A stretch of 64,000 nucleotides of DNA, from the NCBI GenBank assembly GCA_963768055.1, contig CAVYGN010000001.1, forward strand, positions 1,056,001 to 1,120,000, in the 5' to 3' direction. Source of the DNA: an uncultured Spirochaetota bacterium (GTDB lineage: Bacteria; Spirochaetota; Brevinematia; Brevinematales; JAOACQ01). The position numbers and the translations under genes are program-made. The notes beneath the pieces are model-generated. The model worked only from the letters and a program-made list of their open reading frames with translations, did no database searches and was not told where the DNA came from. Positions 47,729 through 57,798 of the stretch are shown here, one piece after another (positions within the stretch are counted from its first letter, which is position 1; each line of letters starts with the position of its first letter).

Positions 47729-50524
47729 ATGGATTACAGCCAGACCGTGAATCTGCCCGTGACGGAATTTTCAATGAAAGCCGGACTCGCCCAGAAAGAG
47801 CCTGAGATGGTAAAAAAATGGCAGAAGATCGGCCTTTATGAAAAACAACTTGAAAAAAGAAAGGGAGCCCCCGATTTTATAGTCCATGACGGGCCTCCTT
47901 ATGCCAACGGTGAAATCCATGTAGGGACCGCCCTTAACAAGATCCTGAAGGATATGATCAATAAATATAAATTTCTCAGGGGTTTCAGGACTCAATATGT
48001 TCCGGGCTGGGATTGCCATGGCCTTCCGATCGAACTTAAGGTCGTTGAAAAGCTCGGTGAAAAGGCATCCTCTCTCTCGCCAATGATATTACGTTCGGAA
48101 TGCAGGAAATACGCGTCCAAATTTGTTAAAATTCAAAAGGAAAGTTTCATCCGGCTGGGAATTTTTGGAGATTGGGAAAATCCCTACCTGACCATGTCGG
48201 AAGAGTATGAAGCGGCGATTATCGAATCTTTCGGCAGTCTTGTTGAAAAAAATTTTATTTACAGGGGCCTGCGTCCCATTCATTGGTGCATTAAAGACAA
48301 CACTTCGCTTGCCGAAGCGGAAATCGAGTATCATGATCACAAATCGCCTTCGATATACGTCAAATTTCCTGTGGCCGCACATAATATCAAGGGTCTCGAT
48401 GCAGGGAAAAGATTATCAGTCCTTATATGGACGACTACCCCATGGACTCTCCCTGCAAACACGGGCCTGAGTTTCCATCCGGAGGAAAAATATACTGCGG
48501 TAAAAGCCGATGGAGAATATCTTGTCATTGCTGAAAAACTGATCGATCCGGTTTTAAAACTGAGAAATTTGAAGGTTGAAGACAGGATACCCCTATCGCG
48601 AAAAGATATCGAAGGTATGAAAATCAATCATTGCTGGATCGGCAGGGAATCGAAGGCTGTTTTCGGAATCCATGTCGTTATGGATACAGGAACAGGCATA
48701 GTGCACACCGCGCCGGGCCATGGCATGGAAGACTATCTAATAGGCCAGGAAAACGGTCTTCCGCTTTTATCGCCTGTAGACGACAGGGGAAATTTTACCG
48801 ATGATGTTCCCGAGTTCAAGGGGTTGAATGTCTTTGACGCAAATGAAAAAATCATTGGATTTTTAAAATCGAAAAATGTTCTTTATTACAGGATGGATAT
48901 CGAGCACAGTTACCCTCATTGCTGGCGGTGCAAACAGCCCATCATTTTCAGATCGAAACCCCAATGGTTTTTCAGGGTTTCCGATGCCGCCCTTCAGGAA
49001 AAGGCCCTGGGGTCCCTTGGAGCTGTTAAATGGGTGCCGGAATGGGGCGAACTCCGCATAAGGAATATGCTTTCCGGCAGGCCCGACTGGTGCCTGTCAA
49101 GGCAGAGGAACTGGGGGGTCCCGATACCGGCTTTTTATTGTGTAAAATGCTCGGAACCGGTTTTGAACAAGGATACCATAAAACATATAATCGGAATAGT
49201 GAAAAAAGAGGGTATTGACGTATGGTTCAGGAAAACGCCTCAGGAACTCCTACCGGAGGGAACAAAGTGCCCGAAATGCGCCTCCCTCGAATTTACTAAA
49301 GAAACCGACATCCTTGATGTCTGGTTTGACTCAGGTGTAAGCCATATCGCGGTCCTCGACAAGAGGGAAGGCCTCCACAGCCCCGCCGATGTGTATCTCG
49401 AAGGTAACGACCAGTACAGGGGATGGTTCCAGGCCTCCCTGTGGCCGTCAATAGCCGTTAAGGGTAAAAGTCCGTTTAAAACCATAATTACACATGGGTG
49501 GACCCTTGACGAACAGGGACGCCCGATGCATAAAAGCCTGGGAAATACGGTATCGCCTAAGGAGATTTACGATAAATTCGGAGCGGATGTGCTAAGGCTC
49601 TGGGTGGTTTCTGAAGACTACAGGGACGATTTAAGGATAGGCGAGCATCTTATCCAGAAGTGCGCTGACAGCTACAGAAAGATCAGAAACACATTCAAGT
49701 ATCTTCTGGGCAATCTTTCGGATTTCGAAAAAGGGAAAGAGCTGGAATATGAAAAACTATTGGATACTGATAAATACGCACTTGGTCTTCTTTATAATCT
49801 TGAGCGGCGCGTGGTGAATTTCAACGACGGCTATGAATTTTACCGTTCGTTCAGGGAGATTTACAATTTCTGCGCTGTCGATATGAGTTCATTTTACCTT
49901 GACGTATTGAAAGACCGGCTGTATATATATCCCAGGGACTCTATTGAGAGACAGTCGGCTCAAACCGCGATACATCATATACTTAAAAGTCTAATGACAA
50001 TGCTGTCGGTTTTCCTGCCGTTCACCATGGAAGAGGTGTTCAGGATCCATTTCGCCGGTAGCGAGGAAGACAGCGTCCATCTTCTGGAATGGAAGGATTT
50101 TAATCCGGCGTGGAATAATACCGAGTTGATCGGTAAATTCGACAGTCTTCTGAAAGCCAGGGAGGTTGTCCTTAAGGCTGTTGAAATTTTAAGAAGCGGG
50201 ATGTCCGAAGGAGAGAATATAGGGTCAAGCCTTGCAGCCAGGGTAGAAATTAAGCCGCTGAATAAACATTACGGCGAATTGCTCAGGGAGTATAAGGACA
50301 GCCTTCGATACCTGTTTATCGTATCGGAAGTTACAATTACCGATAATATCGACGGGGTCATGGCCGGAACGGAAGACATAAGCGTAAAGGCGCTGAAAGC
50401 TAAAGGCGATAAATGTTCAAGGTGCTGGAATTATTCAGAAGAAGTAGGTTCGTTTCCCGACCATCCCGAGTTATGCGAAAGGTGCCATCCTATCGTCAGC
50501 GCCTTACAAGGAGGGGTAAAGTGA
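47729..50524 (+). CDS. ileS: Isoleucine--tRNA ligase (type 1, C-terminal Zn finger)
   Basis: DGPPYANG-IHVGT, PGWDCHGLPIE, WTTTPWTLPAN, MHKS, CSRCW..CERC; GGAGG before ATG 47729. Confidence 0.97.
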   Translation: MDYSQTVNLPVTEFSMKAGLAQKEPEMVKKWQKIGLYEKQLEKRKGAPDFIVHDGPPYANGEIHVGTALNKILKDMINKYKFLRGFRTQYVPGWDCHGLPIELKVVEKLGEKASSLSPMILRSECRKYASKFVKIQKESFIRLGIFGDWENPYLTMSEEYEAAIIESFGSLVEKNFIYRGLRPIHWCIKDNTSLAEAEIEYHDHKSPSIYVKFPVAAHNIKGLDAGKRLSVLIWTTTPWTLPANTGLSFHPEEKYTAVKADGEYLVIAEKLIDPVLKLRNLKVEDRIPLSRKDIEGMKINHCWIGRESKAVFGIHVVMDTGTGIVHTAPGHGMEDYLIGQENGLPLLSPVDDRGNFTDDVPEFKGLNVFDANEKIIGFLKSKNVLYYRMDIEHSYPHCWRCKQPIIFRSKPQWFFRVSDAALQEKALGSLGAVKWVPEWGELRIRNMLSGRPDWCLSRQRNWGVPIPAFYCVKCSEPVLNKDTIKHIIGIVKKEGIDVWFRKTPQELLPEGTKCPKCASLEFTKETDILDVWFDSGVSHIAVLDKREGLHSPADVYLEGNDQYRGWFQASLWPSIAVKGKSPFKTIITHGWTLDEQGRPMHKSLGNTVSPKEIYDKFGADVLRLWVVSEDYRDDLRIGEHLIQKCADSYRKIRNTFKYLLGNLSDFEKGKELEYEKLLDTDKYALGLLYNLERRVVNFNDGYEFYRSFREIYNFCAVDMSSFYLDVLKDRLYIYPRDSIERQSAQTAIHHILKSLMTMLSVFLPFTMEEVFRIHFAGSEEDSVHLLEWKDFNPAWNNTELIGKFDSLLKAREVVLKAVEILRSGMSEGENIGSSLAARVEIKPLNKHYGELLREYKDSLRYLFIVSEVTITDNIDGVMAGTEDISVKALKAKGDKCSRCWNYSEEVGSFPDHPELCERCHPIVSALQGGVK

Positions 50525-51162
50525 AAATTATTTTAGCCGTATCCATTTTTTTCATCTTATTTGCCGCATCATCTTATGCCGATGATGAAGCTGTTCCGAC
50601 AAAAGATTACATTGAAATAAGGCTTGGTTTTGCGGATCCATGGGACGCCGGCCTGGGTTTTAAAGGAGGGGTGCTTGCAGGATACAGGTTCGACAAAGTG
50701 GTATCTATTAACGCGGACCTTGACTATTACAGGGCGAGTTTTACGACTCCGGCCGGTGAAACTAATACAGGGACAGGGTTTATCAATTCAACCTCATTGG
50801 CCAGCCAGACAACTGCTAACCTTTATATGCTGTTCGTGAACGTAAGGGTCGACATACCCTATGTCATAGCCGATGTAATACAGCCCTATATCCAGGCAGG
50901 CGTGGGATACGACATGATGTACAACACTTATGAGAATATATCCAATACACAGAGTGACCTTTTCGCAGGGGATTTTCTCGCTTTCCAGATCGAGATAGGG
51001 GGCCAGATCGCACTTGGAGAAATGACATATCTATATCTTATGGCAGGTTATATGTTCTCTGATGTGGAAAAATCACAGAACCCAAATGATACATTGTCAG
51101 TACTTAAAGAAATCAATGTAAGCGGCTTTTCAGTCCTTTGCGGCATAGGGTTCAAGCTTTAA
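50521..51162 (+). CDS. Outer-membrane beta-barrel-like protein
   Basis: GTG overlapping the ileS stop; signal peptide; PYIQAGVGY; ends GIGFKL. Confidence 0.7.
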   Translation: MKIILAVSIFFILFAASSYADDEAVPTKDYIEIRLGFADPWDAGLGFKGGVLAGYRFDKVVSINADLDYYRASFTTPAGETNTGTGFINSTSLASQTTANLYMLFVNVRVDIPYVIADVIQPYIQAGVGYDMMYNTYENISNTQSDLFAGDFLAFQIEIGGQIALGEMTYLYLMAGYMFSDVEKSQNPNDTLSVLKEINVSGFSVLCGIGFKL

Positions 51163-51172
51163 CAAGTCACAG

Positions 51173-52207
51173 ATGATGAAGAAATACCGGGCCGGTATTA
51201 TAGGCCTCGGAAGGATCGGATTCACGCTCGGTTTCGATAAAAAGAGGGAAAAGCCGTCGTCCCACTCGGACGCTTTCGGCAGAAACAGGAGAATCCTGCT
51301 TGACGGCGGTTTTGATATAAATCCGGAAAAACGTAAATTATGGGGAAAATATTATAAGAGGGCGTCAGTTTATTCTTCAGCCGCCGAAATGCTTTCTGAC
51401 GGAAAATGGGATATACTTGTAATCGCAGTCCCTGAAGAATTTCATCTGGCAGTTTTCAAAAAAGCCGTGAAAGCAATTCCCGGAGTTATAGTTCTCGAAA
51501 AACCGGTCGCACCTGCAATTAATGATGCAAGAGCAATAAAACAAGAAGCTGAAAATCTCGGAGTGCCTGTCCTTGTAAACCACGAAAGAAGGTTTTCCAG
51601 AGATTATATAACGATGAAGAGGATTATAACCGGAGGGAAACTAGGGGAGCCGGTCAATATTGTCTCCAGCCTTTATACGCCTTCCCGGGCCTGGAAATAT
51701 GGTGATGAAATATTCGGAAAAGGGGCCCTTGTAAGGGACGGGACGCATCTCTTCGATGCGGTAAATTTCCTGCTCGGAGAAAGGCCGGTAATACATTATG
51801 TAAAGGCTACAGGTGTGAAAAAAAAGGGAAATATTGCCGGGATAACCTGCCTTGGACAGGCCGCCGGGGTCGATGCAGTTTTTAATATAGGCTTTAAAGC
51901 GGATCATTTTACTTTTGAAATCGATCTGATCTGCAAAACGGGAAGGATTAGAATCGGTAACGGTATGTTCGAAGTTTCCGCCGCTAAGATCAGCCCTTTC
52001 TATGGAGGTTTTTATTCCCTTATAAAAGACCCGCGGTTCAAAGCATTCAGAAAAACCGGCGGTTTTTCAGGAATGGCCGCTAATTGCGTGGAATTTCTTG
52101 ACGGAAAATCTCTTCTCTTATCGACTCTCGATGACGGGATAGATGCCCTTTTAACTATTGAAGAGATAAAGGGCTTTTTGAAGGAACAGGGGATTAAGCT
52201 CTATTAA
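51173..52207 (+). CDS. Gfo/Idh/MocA oxidoreductase
   Basis: IIGLGRIG, EKPVA, NHERRF, DGTH. Confidence 0.9.
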   Translation: MMKKYRAGIIGLGRIGFTLGFDKKREKPSSHSDAFGRNRRILLDGGFDINPEKRKLWGKYYKRASVYSSAAEMLSDGKWDILVIAVPEEFHLAVFKKAVKAIPGVIVLEKPVAPAINDARAIKQEAENLGVPVLVNHERRFSRDYITMKRIITGGKLGEPVNIVSSLYTPSRAWKYGDEIFGKGALVRDGTHLFDAVNFLLGERPVIHYVKATGVKKKGNIAGITCLGQAAGVDAVFNIGFKADHFTFEIDLICKTGRIRIGNGMFEVSAAKISPFYGGFYSLIKDPRFKAFRKTGGFSGMAANCVEFLDGKSLLLSTLDDGIDALLTIEEIKGFLKEQGIKLY

Positions 52208-52304
52208 GGGTATAAAATTTCAGTTCTAATTTTAAGATTCCGAATAAATTAATAGCGCGCAGCAGCGGGGGAACTTTTCAATCCAGCAGTTATGAAGGGT
52301 AAAA

Positions 52305-53345
52305 ATGCCTGTTGAGAGAAAATATACACAGGGCTCGATAATTTATTTCGACCATGAAAGGGGCGATAGTATATTCATTCTAAAGAGCGGAAGGGTCGAT
52401 TTAAGTTTTATTCAACCTGAAAGCGGAGAAAAGATCGTCAAAACCCTGTCCCAGGGTGAATTCTTCGGTTTGAAATCCGCGATAATCAATCATACCCGGG
52501 ACGAGATAGCCGAAGCTGTAACGGATGCATTGGCCATCGAATTTAAAATTCCCGATTTCGAATCCTATGTTTCGAAAAATGTCGAGCTGATGAAGCGTTT
52601 ATTAAGAGTATTATCCAATCAGCTTAGAAACCTGGGGATCAAGGTTAATAATTATCTTGGCAACAACGTGCTTTACCCCCCGAACATCGGCCTTTTCAAG
52701 ATCGGCGAGTATTATATCAATAATAAACTTTATAAGCAGGCTATCCAGGTCTATCAAAGATATATAGAACAATACCCCCAGACAAATATCGTTTCGGAAG
52801 CAAAATACAGGATCGAGCTTTGCGAACAGGCGATAAAAACAGGTTTCATGAAGGAATTCAAGCCCATAGACAAGATCATTGAAGGGGATATTTCAGGCAA
52901 CATTACAGCCGTTGCCGATGTAAAAGAGAGTATGGATAACGTACATTCCAAGCTGGGCATAAGGGAAGTGATGGATAAGTATTATAAGGCTCAGGCTTTC
53001 TTTACAGGAGAAGATTACGAAAATGTAGAAAAATTGTTGAAAGACCTTTTTTCACTGGAATCTCAGATAGCTAATCCGGAAATGATAAATAACGCCAAGA
53101 TCATGTACTTCACTGCGCTTTTCAGGCTCAATAAAATTAACGAATGCAGCCAGGCGATAACAGAATATCTCAAAACCGTCAAAGACCCCCTTATGATAAA
53201 GAAGACCCTGTTCATTCTGGCGGATATTTATAAACACCTGAATAATAATGACGGCGAGAAATCAATACTTCAAAAGATCGTTATGATGAGCCCGATTGAT
53301 GAATTATCAAAAAAGGCCAAAGTAAGAATGGATGCATTGAAATAG
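52305..53345 (+). CDS. Cyclic-nucleotide-binding domain + TPR protein
   Basis: FILKSG-V, GEFFG, R---A-A; TPR-like C-terminus. Confidence 0.85.
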   Translation: MPVERKYTQGSIIYFDHERGDSIFILKSGRVDLSFIQPESGEKIVKTLSQGEFFGLKSAIINHTRDEIAEAVTDALAIEFKIPDFESYVSKNVELMKRLLRVLSNQLRNLGIKVNNYLGNNVLYPPNIGLFKIGEYYINNKLYKQAIQVYQRYIEQYPQTNIVSEAKYRIELCEQAIKTGFMKEFKPIDKIIEGDISGNITAVADVKESMDNVHSKLGIREVMDKYYKAQAFFTGEDYENVEKLLKDLFSLESQIANPEMINNAKIMYFTALFRLNKINECSQAITEYLKTVKDPLMIKKTLFILADIYKHLNNNDGEKSILQKIVMMSPIDELSKKAKVRMDALK

Positions 53346-53354
53346 GATAAAGTT

Positions 53355-54014
53355 ATGGGTGAAGAAGCACTGGATAAATTCGAAAAATCGTTCGAACCTG
53401 GAGATATTATATTCTGCGAGTATGAAAAGGGCGATGAGTTTTATATTATCAAGGAAGGGAAGATCCGTATTACAAAGATCCAGGATAATAAAGAAAAAAC
53501 TCTGGATGTGATGGAGCCCCCCGCCATATTCGGCGAGATGGCCATCATTGAAGACGCCCCCAGGAACGCTACCGCGATAGCCGAGACCCCTGTAAAACTG
53601 GTTGTCCTTAAAAAGCAGAATTTCAACGAGCTGCTTGTTTCAAACCCCATATGGTCCCTGTCGCTGATAAAAATCATTTCAAAGCGGATTTTCGACAGCC
53701 AGAGAAGGCTTGAGATCCTCTCGCTTCAGGAAAACGAGTCGAAGGTTCTCGATACCCTGCTGATGCTTGTGGAAATGAAAGGAATTATTCCAGCAACCTA
53801 TCAGGACAATAAACCCATAGAACTTGAAAATGTTAAAGCCGAGGATATTGCCCACTGGTGCGGCTTGGACTCCCTCGAATGTGAAAAGTACCTTGTGCGC
53901 TATTCCAACATGGGCAGGATCGAGAGATACATCAACAAGATAATCATCAAAAACCTCGCCGATATCTATCGCCTGGTCAAGAACAAGAGAAGGCTCCAGG
54001 ATAACGAAGACTAA
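53355..54014 (+). CDS. Crp/Fnr family transcriptional regulator
   Basis: FGEMAII---PRNATA cNMP pocket; C-terminal HTH-like EDIAHWCGL. Confidence 0.88.
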   Translation: MGEEALDKFEKSFEPGDIIFCEYEKGDEFYIIKEGKIRITKIQDNKEKTLDVMEPPAIFGEMAIIEDAPRNATAIAETPVKLVVLKKQNFNELLVSNPIWSLSLIKIISKRIFDSQRRLEILSLQENESKVLDTLLMLVEMKGIIPATYQDNKPIELENVKAEDIAHWCGLDSLECEKYLVRYSNMGRIERYINKIIIKNLADIYRLVKNKRRLQDNED

Positions 54015-54035
54015 AACCTGCGTTCTAAATGACAA

Positions 54036-54923
54036 TTAATCCTTTCTTTCTAATGGATGGAATTTTTTATGAGTGTCCTTCAATAAATCCGTTGAAACAT
54101 GAGTATATATCTGTGTAGTTGAAATATCGCTATGTCCCAGCAATTCCTGCACGCTCCTCAGATCAGCCCCGTTTGCAAGCATGTGGGTAGCGAAGCTGTG
54201 CCTTAAGGAATGGGGGGTTATAACCTTAATAATACCCGCTTTCCTGGCCCTTTGTTTTATAACAGACCAAACGGATATCCGGGTCAGCCCTTTTCCAAGC
54301 CTTGAAATAAATAATTGGTCGGGAAGCGTCATTTTCGGGGAGATTTCCCTCCTGAATAACAAATATTTTTTTATTGAGACGATAGCGGCTTCGCCGATAG
54401 GTATAAGCCTTTCTTTTCCTCCTTTGCCTGTCACTATGATAATACCTTTTTCAAGGGAAATATCGGAGATGCGAAGGGAACAAAGTTCGCTTACCCTGAT
54501 CCCGCTTGAATATAGAAGTTCGACTATGCAGGAATCCCTTATTTCCTTAGGATCTTCCCCGCCTGGGCCGATCATCTTTTCAACCTCCTCTATGGAAAGA
54601 TAATGAGGGAGCTTCTTAAGATATTGGGGGGAGTCGATATTCTCGATTGGATTTTTATCGGCCCTTTCGGATTTCAGGAGAAAGAGGAAGAACGATTTCA
54701 TGCTGCTGATCTTCCTGGCTATGCTGCGGTTGGATATCCCTTTTTCATTCTGAAAGATAATATAATCAAGAACATCGTCCTTCCTTATTTTATCTGAAAA
54801 CGTTTCCGCGCCTAGGAAATTGAAGAAATCCTCCACATCTTTTACATAGGCCTCAATAGTATTAACGGACAGCCTTTTTTCATATGTCAGGTAGATCTGA
54901 AAATCTTCAATGGCGATGTTCAT
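54036..54923 (-). CDS. xerD: Tyrosine recombinase XerD
   Basis: SGIRVSEL, GKGGKER, TPHSLRHSFATH, LLGHSDISTTQIYTH. Confidence 0.88.
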   Translation of the reverse strand: MNIAIEDFQIYLTYEKRLSVNTIEAYVKDVEDFFNFLGAETFSDKIRKDDVLDYIIFQNEKGISNRSIARKISSMKSFFLFLLKSERADKNPIENIDSPQYLKKLPHYLSIEEVEKMIGPGGEDPKEIRDSCIVELLYSSGIRVSELCSLRISDISLEKGIIIVTGKGGKERLIPIGEAAIVSIKKYLLFRREISPKMTLPDQLFISRLGKGLTRISVWSVIKQRARKAGIIKVITPHSLRHSFATHMLANGADLRSVQELLGHSDISTTQIYTHVSTDLLKDTHKKFHPLERKD

Positions 54924-56908
54924 TTTTCACCGCTCAGCGTTTTTTGCTTTCCTTCAAGTTTTAAAATTTCGTCCCGGATTTCGGCGGCTTTTTCGAATTC
55001 CAGATTTTCCGAATACTGGTACATGAGTTTTTCAAATTCCTTTAAAAGGACGCTTTTCTCGACATATTTTTTCCTGTATTCGGCTATTTTATCAACCTTG
55101 TTTATTTCTTCTTCAATTTTCCGTTCGAGGATATCAGTAATTTCCTTTTCGATTGTCCTGGGCGTTATATTATTTTTCAGGTTATATTCCATCTGGATTT
55201 TTCTCCTCCTGTCTGTTTCCCTTAACGCTTCCTTTATAGAATCCGTCATTACATCCGCATACATTATAACTTTGCCATGAATGTGTCGGGCGCTTCTCCC
55301 TATTATTTGAATGAGTGATCTTGCAGAACGGAGGAAACCCATTTTATCGGCATCGAGAATTATTACAAGAGAAACTTCAGGAAGATCGATACCCTCCCTC
55401 AGAAGGTTTATTCCGACAAGGACATCGTAAGTCCCTAGGCGGAGCTTTTTCAGAATTTCGACCCTTTCTATCGTTTCAATTTCCGAATGCAGATAAGCGA
55501 CCTTAAGGCCGCTTTCCGCAAGGTATTCGGAGAGGTCTTCCGCAGTTTTCTTCGTCAGTGTCGTGATCAATGTCCTTTCATGTATTTTAATTCTCTCATT
55601 GACTTCGATCATAATATTATCGATCTGCCCTTCAATTTTTCTTATTTCCACTTCAGGGTCGATGAGACCGGTCGGCCGGATGATCTGTTCAACTATAGCG
55701 CCGCTTTTTTTCAGTTCATAATCAGCCGGTGTAGCCGATACGTAGAGGACCCTGCCCAGCATGCCTTCGAATTCCTCAAAGCGAAGAGGCCTGTTATCCA
55801 GCGCCGACGGAAGCCGGAAGCCGAAGTCAACGAGGGTTTGTTTTCTCGAGCGGTCACCGTTGAACATACCGCCTATCTGGGGTATGGATTGATGGGATTC
55901 GTCGATAATCGTTAGAAAATCCCCGGGAAAATAGTCAAGCAGGACGAAAGGCTTTTCGCCGGGTTTTCTAAAAGATAAATGGCGTGAATAGTTCTCTATT
56001 CCGCTGCAGTAACCCATCTCCTGCATCATTTCAATATCGTAGCGGGTCCTTGATTCGAGTCTGTATGCTTCGATGTCTTTTCCCTGATTTTTCAGCTCGC
56101 GAAGCCTTGTTGCCAGTTCATCCTCAATGGAGTATATAGCAGCTTTCAACTTATCTTCGGTTGTCAGGAAAAGTTTTGCCGGATAAATGATTATTCTGTC
56201 GAGTTCCTCTATCAATTTACCTGATATTAAATTGAGCCTTTTTATCGATTCCAAGTCGTCGCCGAAAAACCCGATACGGATCACTTCCCGCGAATAAGCC
56301 GTATGAATATCTATGGTGTCACCTTTGACGCGGAATGCCGCCCTATTCAGATCGAAGTCGCTTCTCTCATATTGGATCCTGATAAGATGCCTTATGATTT
56401 CGTCCCGTCCGGACTGCATGCCTTTTTTTACTAAAAGCATCAATTCCTTGTAATCGGTTGGAGCGCCCAATCCGTAAATACATGAAACAGAAGCAACGAT
56501 AACTACATCATGCCTGTCCATAAGGGAAGCGACTGCAGACACCCTCATTCTGTCGATTTCATCATTGATCTTCGAGTCTTTTTCGATATAAAGGTCACGC
56601 TGGGGTACATAAGCCTCAGGCTGGTAATAATCATAGTAAGAGACAAAATATTCCACTGCGTTATCAGGGAAATAATCCCTGAATTCCCTGAAAAGCTGGG
56701 CCGCAAGTGTTTTATTGTGTGACATGATAAGCGTAGGTGCCTGAAGGTTTTCTATGACATGGGCCATTGTAAAAGTCTTGCCGCTGCCGGTTACGCCCAG
56801 CAGGGTCTGTGCTCCGATTCCCTTGATAAAATTTTCACTGATCTGTTCGATAGCAAGCGGCTGGTCCCCTGAAGGTTTATAGTTTGCATGCACTTTAAAT
56901 CGCGGCAT
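54920..56908 (-). CDS. uvrB: Excinuclease ABC subunit B
   Basis: GDQP, GVTGSGKT, YYDYYQPEAY, DESH, UVR tail; GGAGG before ATG 56908. Confidence 0.97.
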   Translation of the reverse strand: MPRFKVHANYKPSGDQPLAIEQISENFIKGIGAQTLLGVTGSGKTFTMAHVIENLQAPTLIMSHNKTLAAQLFREFRDYFPDNAVEYFVSYYDYYQPEAYVPQRDLYIEKDSKINDEIDRMRVSAVASLMDRHDVVIVASVSCIYGLGAPTDYKELMLLVKKGMQSGRDEIIRHLIRIQYERSDFDLNRAAFRVKGDTIDIHTAYSREVIRIGFFGDDLESIKRLNLISGKLIEELDRIIIYPAKLFLTTEDKLKAAIYSIEDELATRLRELKNQGKDIEAYRLESRTRYDIEMMQEMGYCSGIENYSRHLSFRKPGEKPFVLLDYFPGDFLTIIDESHQSIPQIGGMFNGDRSRKQTLVDFGFRLPSALDNRPLRFEEFEGMLGRVLYVSATPADYELKKSGAIVEQIIRPTGLIDPEVEIRKIEGQIDNIMIEVNERIKIHERTLITTLTKKTAEDLSEYLAESGLKVAYLHSEIETIERVEILKKLRLGTYDVLVGINLLREGIDLPEVSLVIILDADKMGFLRSARSLIQIIGRSARHIHGKVIMYADVMTDSIKEALRETDRRRKIQMEYNLKNNITPRTIEKEITDILERKIEEEINKVDKIAEYRKKYVEKSVLLKEFEKLMYQYSENLEFEKAAEIRDEILKLEGKQKTLSGEK

Positions 56909-56970
56909 CCTCCCCCCTTTTTTAAGAATAATATAAAACGGCCTTTTAAGCAAAAAAATCGAAGGGTTTA

Positions 56971-56994
56971 CACGGAGGCACAGAGTCACGGAGT
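56971..56994. repeat. Three octamer units (single repeat arm)
   Basis: CACGGAGG-CACAGAGT-CACGGAGT. Confidence 0.55.
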
Positions 56995-57126
56995 TTTATT
57001 TATGTACCAATCTTGTATATCCTATTCATACTTTTTAAACCTTTACTTTGAGTCGAAATCTCTGCTATAATTTATAATAGATTTTTATAGAAAACATGAA
57101 AAGAGGCCCAATTGCTAAAATCTTAA

Positions 57127-57798
57127 TTAAAATCCCTGTCCCTTGTTCTTCCCGAACATCCAGGTATTAACGGAAGGAATGAATACATTAATTCATCCGT
57201 AATTATCCTATTAGCTGAGTTTGAAAATGAACTGAATTTCATTTTGCAGAAAAGGTCGGCCAATGTAAGGCAGGGGGGTGAAATTGGCTTTCCGGGGGGT
57301 ATGTTCGATCCGATAGCGGATAAAAACCCGAAAGATACTGCAGTCAGGGAAACTATTGAGGAAATGGGAATAGCAAGGGATAAAATCGAGATAATAGGCC
57401 GGACTGACACAGTCATATCGATAACCGGATCGATCGTAGAGGGTTTTGTCGGATTTACTGAGATCGAAGATATCTCTATGCTAAAAATAAATCCGAAGGA
57501 AGTCGAAAGGGTACTTGCAGCCCCTGTTTCTTACTTCGAGCAAAACGATCCTGAAATTTATAAAATAAATATTATGGCGCACCCTTCCATAATCGATAAA
57601 AAGGGCCGCAAAAAGGTGATTTTTCCCGCGAAAGAACTATCCCTGCCGGAAAGATATTCCAGGCCCTGGGGCAGCATCCTGCAAAAAGTATTTGTTTACA
57701 GATATGGCGGAGAAATAATCTGGGGGATTACAGCCAGGTTTATTTATGATCTTGTAAATAAAATTAAGGATGTTTCAAAGTCTCCCGGAGTCTCTTGA
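57127..57798 (+). CDS. Nudix CoA pyrophosphatase (NudL-like); true start unclear or disrupted
   Basis: QGGEIGFPGG, A-RET-EEMG, NPKEV, IWGITA; frame is open back to 57127 (LPEHPGI...SSVII). Confidence 0.75.
   Translation, partial: LKSLSLVLPEHPGINGRNEYINSSVIILLAEFENELNFILQKRSANVRQGGEIGFPGGMFDPIADKNPKDTAVRETIEEMGIARDKIEIIGRTDTVISITGSIVEGFVGFTEIEDISMLKINPKEVERVLAAPVSYFEQNDPEIYKINIMAHPSIIDKKGRKKVIFPAKELSLPERYSRPWGSILQKVFVYRYGGEIIWGITARFIYDLVNKIKDVSKSPGVS

Noticed and set aside
54036..54923. Tyrosine recombinase as an island or phage integrase
   Set aside because: Typical XerD length and motifs, coupled to uvrB, with no att sites or cargo seen.
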